Origin: Dehalococcoidia bacterium
Lineage (GTDB): Bacteria; Chloroflexota; Dehalococcoidia; Lucifugimonadales; Australimonadaceae
DNA: 64,000 nt
Reading direction: 5' to 3'
Assembly (NCBI GenBank): GCA_034421335.1
Contig: DAOUKL010000021.1
Coordinates: 921 to 64,920 of the forward strand
The notes under the pieces were generated by a model, which worked only from the letters and a program-made list of their open reading frames with translations, was not told where the DNA came from and did not search any database. Shown piece by piece: positions 34,167 through 43,181 of the stretch (within the stretch, counting starts at the first letter, position 1; every line of letters begins with the position of its first letter). The position numbers and the translations under genes were made by a program.

Positions 34167-35327
34167 TCAGCCCCAGAGCTCCTCGCTCGCAATTCTGGCC
34201 CCTTCCGCCATGGCCCGGAACTTCGCCCAGCATATCTCCGGCACGCCCACACGGGTCCCCAACCCGCAGTCGGTGCCCGCCATAAGGTTCTCCTTGCCCA
34301 CTATGGGCGCGTAACGCAGGAGCCGTTCCGCGACGAGTTTGGGGTGCTCCACAAAGTCGGTGAAGTGGCCGACGACGCCAGGGATGAGAATCGCGCCCTC
34401 CGGCAACTTGACGTCTCGCCAGATTGCCCACTCGTGCTGGTGTCGCGGGTTCGACGCCTCGATGGAGTACGCCTGGGCCCTGACGCTGAGGAATAAGTCC
34501 ACGACGTGCTCGAGTCCGATGTCGGAGACGTGGGGGCCGTGGTAGCTCCCCCAGCACACGTGAAGGCGTATCTGCTCACGGGGAATGTCCCGCAGAGCGT
34601 AGTTCAGGACTTCTACGCGCTGCTCAGCGAACCTGCGGTAAGCGGGAATATCCATCCCGGTCTGTATCTGCCACGCGTCGAAGAGGTCCGGGTCGTCTAT
34701 CTGCAGGGTGAGCCCCGCGTCGGCGATGGCCTTGTACTCTTCGTGCATGGCGTCGGCGATGGCGTAGACGAACTCCTCCTCCGTGGGGTAATGCTCGTTC
34801 CACAGCCAGTGGTCGATGCTTCCGGGCGCGACAGCGGGCAGGAACGGCTCCGCGTCGCCGACATCGTCCAGCGCGGCTTTGAAGCGCGCAATGTCGTTCT
34901 GTACGCGTTCCGCGCCCACGTACGTGATCGGCCCGACGCAGAACAGTTGCTTGTCCCGTGGGCGCCCGACCGCGAACCCGCGCGGGGAGTCGAAGTATCC
35001 GGGGAACGCGAGTCTGTCCCGTGCGGATATCTGCTGCGGCTCCGGCCCCTCGCCGGGCTCGAACGCTCGCAGCTCGATGCCGCCAAGCCGTTCGTTGGCG
35101 TAGTTCGTAAAGTTGGTCTTGCTGAGTTCGCCGTCGTTGATGCTGTCCATGCCACAGTCAATCTGGAGGCGAACGATGTCGGCCACCGCCTCGGTCAGCC
35201 GCCGGTCGAGCCGCTCTTCGTCGACCGGCGCCCCGGCGGCCTTGGCCGCCACCATCTCCCGAACATCGTCCGGCCTCGGCAGGCTCCCCGCGTGCATGGT
35301 GCGTATGCGGTCTGTGCTGCGTTTCAT
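34167..35327 (-). CDS. Cobalamin-independent methionine synthase (MetE C-terminal domain)-like family protein
   Basis: 386 aa from ATG at 35325-35327, preceded by GAGGAGG. The MHAGSLPRP N-terminus and the IRLHVCWG...H pattern resemble the MetE/UROD-like fold. The substrate is unknown. Confidence 0.7.
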   Translation of the reverse strand: MKRSTDRIRTMHAGSLPRPDDVREMVAAKAAGAPVDEERLDRRLTEAVADIVRLQIDCGMDSINDGELSKTNFTNYANERLGGIELRAFEPGEGPEPQQISARDRLAFPGYFDSPRGFAVGRPRDKQLFCVGPITYVGAERVQNDIARFKAALDDVGDAEPFLPAVAPGSIDHWLWNEHYPTEEEFVYAIADAMHEEYKAIADAGLTLQIDDPDLFDAWQIQTGMDIPAYRRFAEQRVEVLNYALRDIPREQIRLHVCWGSYHGPHVSDIGLEHVVDLFLSVRAQAYSIEASNPRHQHEWAIWRDVKLPEGAILIPGVVGHFTDFVEHPKLVAERLLRYAPIVGKENLMAGTDCGLGTRVGVPEICWAKFRAMAEGARIASEELWG

Positions 35328-35426
35328 AGACGCCTCCTCTTCATGACGCGCCCCGGATTGTCCGTACGCCGGGCGCGGGACGCAAGCGGCGCCCTCCGTC
35401 TCTCTCCTCACCGCAAACGGGAAGGG

Positions 35427-36347
35427 TCAGGCGCGGATCTCTTCGCGCATGAACTTGAGGTAGGAGGCCGCCACGAGCAGGGCCACCATGGCGACGAGGG
35501 CGACGATGTGCGGCCAGACGAGCTGCAGGCTCTGGCCGGCGGAGACCGGCGTGGCGAGGAGGTCGGCCAGACGGCTCTCGTCGACGGTGAACAGGTTGAG
35601 GGCGCGCCCGCCGAGGGGGTCCAGCAGGATGGACGTGGCCTCCGAAAAGAGGCCGGAGGGAGAGACGCGGCTCACCCAGGACTCGATGTTGATGCGGCGG
35701 ATCGCGTCCTCGGTAGTGGCGATTTCCGGGACGATGCGTTCGGCGAGCACGCCGCCGAGAAGGGGCACGAGGAAACCGAGCGCGAACCAGGAGCCGATGG
35801 CGGCGAGCGCGGAGGTTACGGTATTGCGCAGCAGCACGGAGAAGGTCACCGAGAGCGAGAGCCAGAAGGCGAGGTAGGCGACGGCGACGAAGCCGAGGCC
35901 GACGAGCCGGATGACCTCTTCGCCGGAGGGGGCGATGCCCATGCGGAACATCGTGAGTCCGACGACGACGATCATCATGCTGGAAGTTACGAGGGCGAGG
36001 GTGAGGAGGGCGGCGAACAGCTTGGCGTTGTAGACGTCGTCCCGGTGAAGCGGCTGAGAGAGCAGGCGGGCGAGGGTGCCCTGGGTGCGCTCGCCGTTGA
36101 TGGAGTCGAACCCGAGGGCGATGCCGATGATGGGCCCGAAGAAGCTGATGAACGAGAGGAGCGATATCGGCACGCCATAGGCGGTGGTGAAGACGTCGAG
36201 GAAGAAGAACTCGCGGCCCTGCCGCACGAGCGTGTCGAGGTCGACGAACGATCCCCAGAGGACGCCGACGCCGACGAGCCCCAGGAGGAGGGTGAAACGG
36301 CGTTTGCCGAAGTGGTCGGCCATCTCCTTCCAGAAGAGCGCGCTCAC
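35427..36347 (-). CDS. ABC-2-type transporter permease
   Basis: 306 aa with about six hydrophobic helices and a large first loop. The GTG start overlaps the ATPase stop (GTGA at 36344-36347). Confidence 0.75.
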   Translation of the reverse strand: MSALFWKEMADHFGKRRFTLLLGLVGVGVLWGSFVDLDTLVRQGREFFFLDVFTTAYGVPISLLSFISFFGPIIGIALGFDSINGERTQGTLARLLSQPLHRDDVYNAKLFAALLTLALVTSSMMIVVVGLTMFRMGIAPSGEEVIRLVGLGFVAVAYLAFWLSLSVTFSVLLRNTVTSALAAIGSWFALGFLVPLLGGVLAERIVPEIATTEDAIRRINIESWVSRVSPSGLFSEATSILLDPLGGRALNLFTVDESRLADLLATPVSAGQSLQLVWPHIVALVAMVALLVAASYLKFMREEIRA

Positions 36348-37330
36348 GCGACGGCCTCCTGGAAATAGCGGAGGTATATCTCCTCGAGGGAGGTGTTCTG
36401 GGCGCGCATTTCGAGGAGCCGGGCGCCGCGCTCGTGAACAGTGGCCAGGGCTTCGGCCCGCACGTCGCGGGCGCTGGTGATGACGGCTTGAGCGCCGGCG
36501 CGGGCGAGACCCTCAACGCCGGGGATGGCGCGGAGCGCGTCGTCGAGGCCGTCGCCGCCGTCCGTGACGAGGGTCACGCGGAAGCCGCCCTCGTCGAGAC
36601 GCGCCGTAAGCTCGTCTAGCGTGCCTTCCAGAACAAGGCGTCCGTGGGACATGATGCCGACGCGGTGGCAGATGCGCTGCACCTCGTGGAGCTGGTGAGA
36701 GGAGAGGAAGAAAGCAATGTTGCGCTGGCGGCTCAGCTCCCCGATGAGCTCCAGCAGCCACTGGATGCCGGCGGGGTCGAGCCCGAGGGTGGGGTCGTCG
36801 AGGATAACGACGCGGGGATCCTTCAGCAGCACATCGGCGAGGCCGAGCCGCTGGCGCATGCCGCGCGAGTACTGGGCGACGGGCTGATCGGTCGCGTCCG
36901 CGAGCTCCACGATGCTGAGAAGCTCGTCGATGCGAGCATCGGCGCGGGCCCTGGGGATGGCGTTGAGTTCGGCGGTGAATCGAAGATTCTCGGCGCCGGA
37001 GAGGTCGCCGTAGAAGCCGACGGACTCAGGCAAGTAGCCGACCTGGCGCTTGACGGCGATGGGGTCCCGGGTGGGGTCGTGGCCGCAGACGCGAATTTCG
37101 CCGCCGGACGGTTCGGTGAGGCCCAGCATCATCAGGATGGTGGTGCTCTTGCCGGAGCCGTTGGGGCCGAGAAAGCCGTAGACCTCGCCTTCGTAGAGAG
37201 TGAGGTCCACGCCGTCGACCGCGCGGAACCGGCCGTAGGCCTTGGCGAGGCCGCGCGCCTCGATGAGCGCCTCGCGGGAAGCGTTCTCGTACGCCGGAGC
37301 GGCCTCGACTGTTTCGGGGGCGTCGCTCAT
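36344..37330 (-). CDS. ABC transporter ATP-binding protein (exporter/DrrA-like)
   Basis: 328 aa from ATG at 37328-37330 (ATGA overlap with the upstream gene). Motifs are Walker A GPNGSGKST, signature-like YSRGMRQRLGLA and Walker B VVILDDPTLGLD. Confidence 0.9.
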   Translation of the reverse strand: MSDAPETVEAAPAYENASREALIEARGLAKAYGRFRAVDGVDLTLYEGEVYGFLGPNGSGKSTTILMMLGLTEPSGGEIRVCGHDPTRDPIAVKRQVGYLPESVGFYGDLSGAENLRFTAELNAIPRARADARIDELLSIVELADATDQPVAQYSRGMRQRLGLADVLLKDPRVVILDDPTLGLDPAGIQWLLELIGELSRQRNIAFFLSSHQLHEVQRICHRVGIMSHGRLVLEGTLDELTARLDEGGFRVTLVTDGGDGLDDALRAIPGVEGLARAGAQAVITSARDVRAEALATVHERGARLLEMRAQNTSLEEIYLRYFQEAVA

Positions 37331-38568
37331 CGTCTGCCCAGCCTCCAGAAGAGTCCGGCGAGGCCTCCGATGACGAGGACGACGAGGACGATGCCGAGCC
37401 ACCCCCAGATAGTGGACTGCGCGACGGTCACTCGTATCTCGAGCGCGTCGGAGGTGTCAGGGTGAACGGAGCGAAGGGTAACGAGGTAGTCGCCGGGGAT
37501 GGCGTCGCCGGCGGGGAGGACTGTGAAGGGGATGTCGATGAGGTTGGCTGCGGGAAGCGGCGGGACGGTCGACGGCTCGAACGTTACCTCCCACCCCTGG
37601 GGAGCGTCGGCGACGAGGGAGATGTCGGTGAGTTCGGCGGTGCCGATGTTGGTGATGCGGAGCTTGGCGGAGGCTTCCTCGCCGGCGGTGGCCTCGATGT
37701 TGAGCCGTCCGGTGTCGGTGGTGGTGATGATGTCGCCCTGCCCGCGAACGGTCACCTGGAGGAGGGTGGTCGCCTCGAACCCAACCTCGTCGTAGACCCG
37801 CACCGGAACGAAGTAATCGCCGGCGTCAGTCCCGCGCGGCGGGGTTACCCGCACGTCGATGCGCTCGGAGAGGGCGTCGCCGACGCTGATGCTGGAGATG
37901 AGACGCTCCTCGCCGAAGGAGGGCACGTACGATATCTCCCACCCGGTGAGCCCTTGGCCGTTGATGTCGACGGCGGCGCCTTCCAGCGAGAACGAGGAGT
38001 CGGCGCCGGTGTCGTTCTGAATGACGATTTCGAAGTTGTAGGTGCTGCCGGCCGTTCCGCGGAGAACGGGGAAGGTGGTGACGATGGCGACGCCGGTATC
38101 GGTGGCGGCCGGGGGATCCGGAACCGTGAGCGTGTAGACGGCGCTGTCGTACTCGACGGTCTCGTCGGGCGATACGACGCGCAGGCCGAGGCTGTAGTCG
38201 CCGGGGGTCGGGCGCGGGTCGGGGAGGTCGATGCGCAGGCGAAGCGTCTGGCCGGGAGCGAAGCTGTCCTCGCGCTGGGGCTCGACGATGATCTCACCGA
38301 CCTTGAAGTCGAAGAAGCGGTCCCAGACGCCGATGCTCCAGTCATCAAGGCTGTGTTCGAGGATGAGCTTCACGGCCCGCCGCTCGTTGGTGTTGTTCCA
38401 GAGGTCGACGGTGAGATCGGTGCGCGTCTCCCGGGGGCCCATTTCGAGGGACCGCACGGGGGAGTCCATCCGCACGTCGTTAGGATGCTGGGCCAGGACG
38501 GGGACGCTTTGGGCGACGACCGCAATCCCCAAGCCCAGGGCGATGAGGGCGAAACGGGCTATCCGCAT
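37327..38568 (-). CDS. Secreted, C-terminally membrane-anchored protein with repeated beta-sandwich (NEW3/CARDB-like) domains
   Basis: 413 aa from ATG at 38566-38568. The signal peptide is MRIARFALIALGLGIAVVAQSVPVLAQ. Three repeats follow the pattern ...x-L-x-I-x-N-x-G...GW...P-G-D-Y-x-V-x-V (e.g. PGDYSLGLRV, AGDYFVPVRV, PGDYLVTLRS). The terminal TM helix is WGWLGIVLVVLVIGGLAGLFW, followed by RLGRR. Confidence 0.65.
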   Translation of the reverse strand: MRIARFALIALGLGIAVVAQSVPVLAQHPNDVRMDSPVRSLEMGPRETRTDLTVDLWNNTNERRAVKLILEHSLDDWSIGVWDRFFDFKVGEIIVEPQREDSFAPGQTLRLRIDLPDPRPTPGDYSLGLRVVSPDETVEYDSAVYTLTVPDPPAATDTGVAIVTTFPVLRGTAGSTYNFEIVIQNDTGADSSFSLEGAAVDINGQGLTGWEISYVPSFGEERLISSISVGDALSERIDVRVTPPRGTDAGDYFVPVRVYDEVGFEATTLLQVTVRGQGDIITTTDTGRLNIEATAGEEASAKLRITNIGTAELTDISLVADAPQGWEVTFEPSTVPPLPAANLIDIPFTVLPAGDAIPGDYLVTLRSVHPDTSDALEIRVTVAQSTIWGWLGIVLVVLVIGGLAGLFWRLGRR

Positions 38569-38735
38569 ACTGCTGTACCTTCCTCGGAGTTGCTGCAAGG
38601 GTGCGCAGCCCTCGGCTGAGTTTGGATTGACGTGCTGGCGACTAGATAATGTACCGCTTTGGGGCGTTGCCGCGCCACCCCTTTCGGGAACCACTATGGA
38701 AACTACGCCCCGCAGCCGCGGATGGTTTGCCGGGT

Positions 38736-39542
38736 TTACCCGATACGCTTGGCCTCTTCCCAGAGTTCGAGCTTACGGGCGGTCGTCATGTCGGCGATTT
38801 CGACGTCGTCGGCCCTGGCCGCGCGTTCAATGCTGCCGAAACGCTCGTAGAATCGGGCGTTCGCGCCGCGCAGGGCCTGTTCAGCGTCGATCTTGAGCCT
38901 GTGAGCTGCGCCCACGAGCGCGAACAGGAGGTCGCCGAACTCCTCCTCGCGCCGCTGGGGAGACTCCGCGCCCCGGAGTTCGGCGACCTCCTCGGCCACC
39001 TTCTCGAAGCTCATTCCGGGGTCGTCCCAATCGAAACCGGCCTGCCGCACCCTTCCGAGCACGGCCTCGGCATAGGCGAGGGCCGGCATCGTCTTCGAAA
39101 CTCCATCGAGCATGGAGGCGCCGGCGCGTCCCTTGCGGGCGCGTTCCTGGGCCTTGAGGCGCTCCCACTGGCCCTTGACCTCTTCGGCCGAGTGAGCGGA
39201 GGCGTCGCCGAACACGTGAGGGTGTCTGCGGACAAGCTTGGCGTTCACCCCGGAGACGACGTCGTCGACGGTGAAGGCTTGTTCGTCGGCGCCGATCTGG
39301 GCGTGAAAGACGATGTGGAGCAGCAGGTCGCCGAGCTCCTCCACGAGGCCGGCGCGGTCGCCGGCGTCGAGGGCGTCGAGCAGTTCGTACGTCTCTTCGA
39401 GCAGCGAGTCGCGGAGGGAGGCGTGGGTCTGCTGGAGGTCCCACGGGCAGCCTTCGTCGGGGTCGCGCAGTCGGCGCATCGTCGCCAGAAGCTCGTCGAA
39501 GGTGGTCGACACGTCGGGGCCTCCTTGGTTCGGCGTGGGCAA
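38736..39542 (-). CDS. mazG: Nucleoside triphosphate pyrophosphohydrolase MazG (tandem MazG domains)
   Basis: Two EExxE/EExGD pairs are present: LLEETYELLDAL / EELGDLLLHIV and EEVAELRGA / EEFGDLLFALV. Confidence 0.9.
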   Translation of the reverse strand: MPTPNQGGPDVSTTFDELLATMRRLRDPDEGCPWDLQQTHASLRDSLLEETYELLDALDAGDRAGLVEELGDLLLHIVFHAQIGADEQAFTVDDVVSGVNAKLVRRHPHVFGDASAHSAEEVKGQWERLKAQERARKGRAGASMLDGVSKTMPALAYAEAVLGRVRQAGFDWDDPGMSFEKVAEEVAELRGAESPQRREEEFGDLLFALVGAAHRLKIDAEQALRGANARFYERFGSIERAARADDVEIADMTTARKLELWEEAKRIG

Positions 39543-39665
39543 GAGTGCAACGCGGTCGCGGGCCTCAATGCTACCAGCCTTCTCTCCCTGGGGAGAGACG
39601 CAGGGGGCGAGCGAGAGTTCCGACTACACGAGAATGACGGGAGGAGGGGCTGGTAGGATGGCGGA

Positions 39666-40379
39666 GTGAGGCGGATATCGTGGAATGAGTGGCGGGTCGC
39701 AGGGTGGGTTGCGGCGGCTGCGCTGGCGGTGCTGCTCATCGCCACGAGCGTTCGCATCGCGGCGAACAGCCTGCCGCTGTACGAGGCGCTGTTCGAGCGT
39801 CACGGGGTGTCGGAACGGACGGGAATCACACCGGAGGGCTTGTCCCGCGTAGGAAGCGACATCCAGACGTACTTCAACAGCGACGAGGAGCCGCTGCAGG
39901 TGACCGCCGAGGTTCGCGGCGTGGAGCGGCGGCTGTTCACGGAGGCCGAGGTGTCGCACATGGCGGACGTGAAGCAGCTGTTCCGTCGAACGTACCGGGC
40001 GCAGGGGACGGCGGCGCTGCTGCTGGCGGCGCTTACCGCGGCGGCGATCTGGCGGTTCCGGGGCGGGGTCTACTTCGTGCTGGCGCAGTGGATGCGCCGC
40101 GCGGCGGTTGCGACGGTGGCGTTCGTGCTGCTGGTGGGGCTGCTGAGCCTCGTGGCGTTCGACGCGGTGTTCACCGTGTTCCACTACCTGGGCTTTCCGC
40201 AGGGGAACTGGGCGTTCGACCCGCGGACTTCCTACCTCGTGCAGGTGTTCCCGCTGGGCTTTTGGCAGGACGTGACGATGATTATTGGGGTGATGTCGCT
40301 GCTGGGGTCGGCGGCGCTGTGGATGGTGGGCTTTGCGACGCCCATGCTGCTGAGACGACCGCCAAGGAAAGAGGATTAG
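39666..40379 (+). CDS. TIGR01906/DUF1461-family integral membrane protein (Lit-like)
   Basis: 237 aa. It has an N-terminal TM, then ...EAEVSHMADVKQLF..., and a C-terminal FHYLGFPQGNWAFDPRTSYLVQVFPLGFW pattern recalled from this family. Confidence 0.65.
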   Translation: MRRISWNEWRVAGWVAAAALAVLLIATSVRIAANSLPLYEALFERHGVSERTGITPEGLSRVGSDIQTYFNSDEEPLQVTAEVRGVERRLFTEAEVSHMADVKQLFRRTYRAQGTAALLLAALTAAAIWRFRGGVYFVLAQWMRRAAVATVAFVLLVGLLSLVAFDAVFTVFHYLGFPQGNWAFDPRTSYLVQVFPLGFWQDVTMIIGVMSLLGSAALWMVGFATPMLLRRPPRKED

Positions 40380-40597
40380 CCGCAGCCACAACCGCCCCCG
40401 CAGCAGGCGCCGCTAAGGGGGCCGGAGGGCGCGGGGCCCGCGCCGGCGCCGACGGAGACGGGAGCGGCGAACAGGGAGAGGATGCGGCGCGCGGCGAGTC
40501 CGCACCGGGGACAATCGGCCTCGCGTGGGGCGTCCATGCGCTGCAGACGCTCGAACTGCGTTTGGCAGGCTTCGCAGGCGTACTCGTAGAGCGGCAT
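40376..40597 (-). CDS. FmdB-family zinc-ribbon protein
   Basis: MPLYEYACEACQTQFERLQRMDAPREADCPRCG carries CxxC...CxxC, and the tail is Gly/Cys-rich (ACCGGGCGCG). Its stop overlaps the convergent gene's stop (TTAG at 40376-40379). Confidence 0.8.
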   Translation of the reverse strand: MPLYEYACEACQTQFERLQRMDAPREADCPRCGLAARRILSLFAAPVSVGAGAGPAPSGPLSGACCGGGCGCG

Positions 40598-40706
40598 GAG
40601 TGATCCTCATCTCCCCTGCGTGGGGACTGCGGGCTATTGTAGCACCCCTGCCGGAACGGCTGCGTTCGGCGTGAAGTCCTGCGTCGGGAAAGCGGGAGAG
40701 CAGCGC

Positions 40707-42392
40707 TCAGGAGGTTATCAGGCCCTCTTGTGGCTGAGTCCACGGGAGGTTGTAGAGCGGCGCGAATTGCGGCGCTCTTGGTATCGGCATGTCGCCAAAG
40801 GGCGCGTCGATAACCACAGGGGCTTGACGTTCGAGGGCTTCAGGCAGAAGGGCTTCTAATTCAAGAGGGTCCTTCGCCCGCATTGCGACTGCCCCGAAGG
40901 ACTCAGTGAATTTGACGAAGTCCGGATTGCACAGATCCGTCTCGTAGGTTCCGTTGAACGCCACGTCCAGGTCGCGCGCGACGTTGCCGTACGAGTCATT
41001 CCTGAAGACGACGGTCACAACGTTGATCCCGTACTTCATCGCCGTAGACAGTTCGGATGAGTTGAACATAAACCCGCCGTCTCCGGTGATGCACACCACA
41101 GGGCGGTCCGGCTTGGCCACCTTCGCGCCAAGGGCGGTGGGAAACGCGTAGCCCAAGTTGAAGGAGTAGCCGGAGTCTATGTACGTCTTGGGGTGATTGG
41201 CCTGGAAGTGAGTCCTGGCGTAATAGCCTAGCTGGGTGACGTCCCAGACCACGTATGCGTCTTCGGGGACGGCGCGCCGTATGGCCTCGATAAGGGGGTA
41301 CTGGGGTTCGTTCAGCCGGATGTCATAGTACGCAATGAGCTTGCGCGCTGCGGCGACGGCTTCCTCGGGCGACGGGCGATCAGCCGCCCCGGCTTCTACG
41401 CAAGCAGGCAGGAAGGCTTCCAGGGTTGCCCGGGCGTCGCCGTGCAAGGGGATGGTGTCGGCCTGCACCCGCGTGAGTTCGGAGTCGTCAATATTGATGT
41501 TTATCAGGGTGCAGTTCTCGGCCGGGAGGCCCAGGGAAAAGCGCGCGCCCACTCCGATGACAACGTCTGCGGACTGCATCACCTCATAGAGCTGGTTCAT
41601 CTCCTGCCGCTCACCCCTGGGACTGAAGCACGAGCCGTAACTGAGGGGATGGTTGTCAGGGATTGCGCCCTTCCCTCCACTGGAGGTGATGACGGGAATG
41701 TTGGTCGCCTCCGCCAGTGCGACCAAGGCGCCTTCCGCGTTCGAGCGCGCCACCCCTCCGCCGGCGTAAATCAATGGCGACCGCGCTTTAGCGACTGCCT
41801 GGGCGGCCTGCCGCAAGTCTTCCATGCTGGGCACGACTCTTGAGACGCGAGCCGAGTCTCGCAGTTGGACGTCCTCACGTTCAACGCAGGCCTCAGGTGG
41901 AATTTCCAGGAACACGGGCCGAGGTCTGCCGGTGCGCATCTGCCGGAACGCCTCGAATACCGCCTCCGGAACTGCCCGGGGCCGGGCCGCCTGACGCTGC
42001 CACTTGGTGATCGACCGGACCGCGCTCGGTTGGTCCGCCACCTCATGGACCGCTCCCAGATTCCTGCCCAGCGCACTCCGAGGCACCTGACCGGCGATGA
42101 GGAGCACCGGTATGGAGCGCGCGTATGCGTTGGCCAGGCCCGGGGCTGCGTTGTACACCGCTGCGCCCGGCACCACTAACGCGACGCCAGGGTTTCCCGA
42201 TGCGCGGGCGTAGCCGTCGGCCATGTAGGTGGCGGCTTGCTCGTGACGGGTCGTTATGTGGCGAATGGCGGGTTCGTCGCGCAGGGCGGCGATAATCCCG
42301 TAGGTCTGAATGCCCGGGATGCCGAAGACCACCTCAACGCCTTCGCGCACCAGGGACTTGACCAGAGCTTCTCCGCCGCTCATTACGACCAT
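40707..42392 (-). CDS. Thiamine-diphosphate-dependent enzyme (acetolactate-synthase-like large subunit family)
   Basis: 561 aa from ATG at 42390-42392. The N-terminal PYR domain reads GGEALVKSLVREGVEVVFGIPG, and the TPP-binding motif is GDGGFMFNSSELSTAMKYGINVVTVVFRNDSYGN. Confidence 0.85.
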   Translation of the reverse strand: MVVMSGGEALVKSLVREGVEVVFGIPGIQTYGIIAALRDEPAIRHITTRHEQAATYMADGYARASGNPGVALVVPGAAVYNAAPGLANAYARSIPVLLIAGQVPRSALGRNLGAVHEVADQPSAVRSITKWQRQAARPRAVPEAVFEAFRQMRTGRPRPVFLEIPPEACVEREDVQLRDSARVSRVVPSMEDLRQAAQAVAKARSPLIYAGGGVARSNAEGALVALAEATNIPVITSSGGKGAIPDNHPLSYGSCFSPRGERQEMNQLYEVMQSADVVIGVGARFSLGLPAENCTLININIDDSELTRVQADTIPLHGDARATLEAFLPACVEAGAADRPSPEEAVAAARKLIAYYDIRLNEPQYPLIEAIRRAVPEDAYVVWDVTQLGYYARTHFQANHPKTYIDSGYSFNLGYAFPTALGAKVAKPDRPVVCITGDGGFMFNSSELSTAMKYGINVVTVVFRNDSYGNVARDLDVAFNGTYETDLCNPDFVKFTESFGAVAMRAKDPLELEALLPEALERQAPVVIDAPFGDMPIPRAPQFAPLYNLPWTQPQEGLITS

Positions 42393-42497
42393 GAGGCGTC
42401 CTCTCGCCTCCCGCTCCGCTGACCGGCGGCTGGGAGTGCGGGGCATTGTAGCAGCCTCTCCTCTCCGGGAGGCGTCCTGCCTTCGCGGGATGACGGG

Positions 42498-43181
42498 TTA
42501 GCCCCGGAAACGGTAGCCGACGTTCCAGACGGTGTCGATGAAGGTGTGGGTGGCGTCTTCTATCTTGCTGCGAAGGCGCCGTATGTGGACGTCGACGGTG
42601 CGGGTGCCTCCGAAGTACTGGTAGCCCCAGACCTGTTCGAGGAGGGCCTCGCGGGTGTAGACGCGTCCAGGGGTGGATGCGAGGAGCTTGAGCAGTTCGT
42701 ACTCTTTGAAGGTGAGGAGGACGGGTTTGCCGGCAAGGAACACGTCGTAGCGGTTGGAGTCGATGACGAGGTCTTCAACGCGGATGACGCCAGGTTCGTC
42801 GGCGGGACCGGGCCGTTCGAGGCGCCGACGGATGCGGAGGGCGAGTTCGCCGAGACGCCAGGGCACGACGATGAAGTCGTCGACCTTCAGGGCGAGGTCG
42901 GGCGCGAGAAGATGGTCGGCGGAGACGGCCGCGATTACGGGACACGGGGCGGGACCGCGGGCAAGAGCCTCCGCGCCGCGCCGGTCGGCGTCGACGAGGT
43001 CGAGGAGGATGATGTCGGGCGCGTTGAGGTCGTCGGCGCGTTCGAACGGCACCCCCTCGCGGCGGAGGCAGTCGGCAAGGTCGCGGGCCGGCCCGAGGGC
43101 GTCGCAGAGGAGGCCTACCCGGACGCGTTCGAGCCCGGCGGCGGGGGCGGCCCATGGGAAGCGTTCGGAGCGCTCTACCAC
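42498..43181 (-). CDS. OmpR/PhoB-family DNA-binding response regulator with degenerate receiver domain
   Basis: The winged helix is LTFKEYELLKLLASTPGRVYTREALLEQVWGYQYFGGTRTVDVHIRRLRSKIE...VGYRF. The receiver keeps the Asp of IILLDLV and a Ser (AAVSA). However, it has C-D instead of the acidic pair, and VVPW where the invariant Lys of K-P-F should be. The proposed GTG start at 43181 overlaps the cysM stop, and the start is uncertain. Confidence 0.8.
   Translation of the reverse strand: MVERSERFPWAAPAAGLERVRVGLLCDALGPARDLADCLRREGVPFERADDLNAPDIILLDLVDADRRGAEALARGPAPCPVIAAVSADHLLAPDLALKVDDFIVVPWRLGELALRIRRRLERPGPADEPGVIRVEDLVIDSNRYDVFLAGKPVLLTFKEYELLKLLASTPGRVYTREALLEQVWGYQYFGGTRTVDVHIRRLRSKIEDATHTFIDTVWNVGYRFRG

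Noticed and set aside
35328-35426. Possible riboswitch or attenuator upstream of the MetE-like gene
   Set aside because: The leader is only about 100 nt and lacks any SAM or cobalamin riboswitch core I can recognise. The imperfect hairpin (cgcgccccgg...gccgggcgcg) is more simply the end of the upstream ABC operon.
34506-36368. 620-aa plus-strand ORF
   Set aside because: It is antisense to the MetE-like gene and the ABC-2 permease gene, with a low-complexity Gly/Asp/Glu/Arg translation.
38626-38650. TTGACG ... GATAAT promoter-like pair on the plus strand upstream of nothing
   Set aside because: The spacer is only about 12 nt. Transcription would run antisense into mazG, and no plus-strand gene follows. 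It was not reported as a promoter.
40376-40379. Overlapping convergent stop codons (TTAG read as TAG on plus and TAA on minus) of the Lit-like and FmdB genes
   Set aside because: The overlap is real, but it is a trivial consequence of tight packing. No functional implication can be supported.
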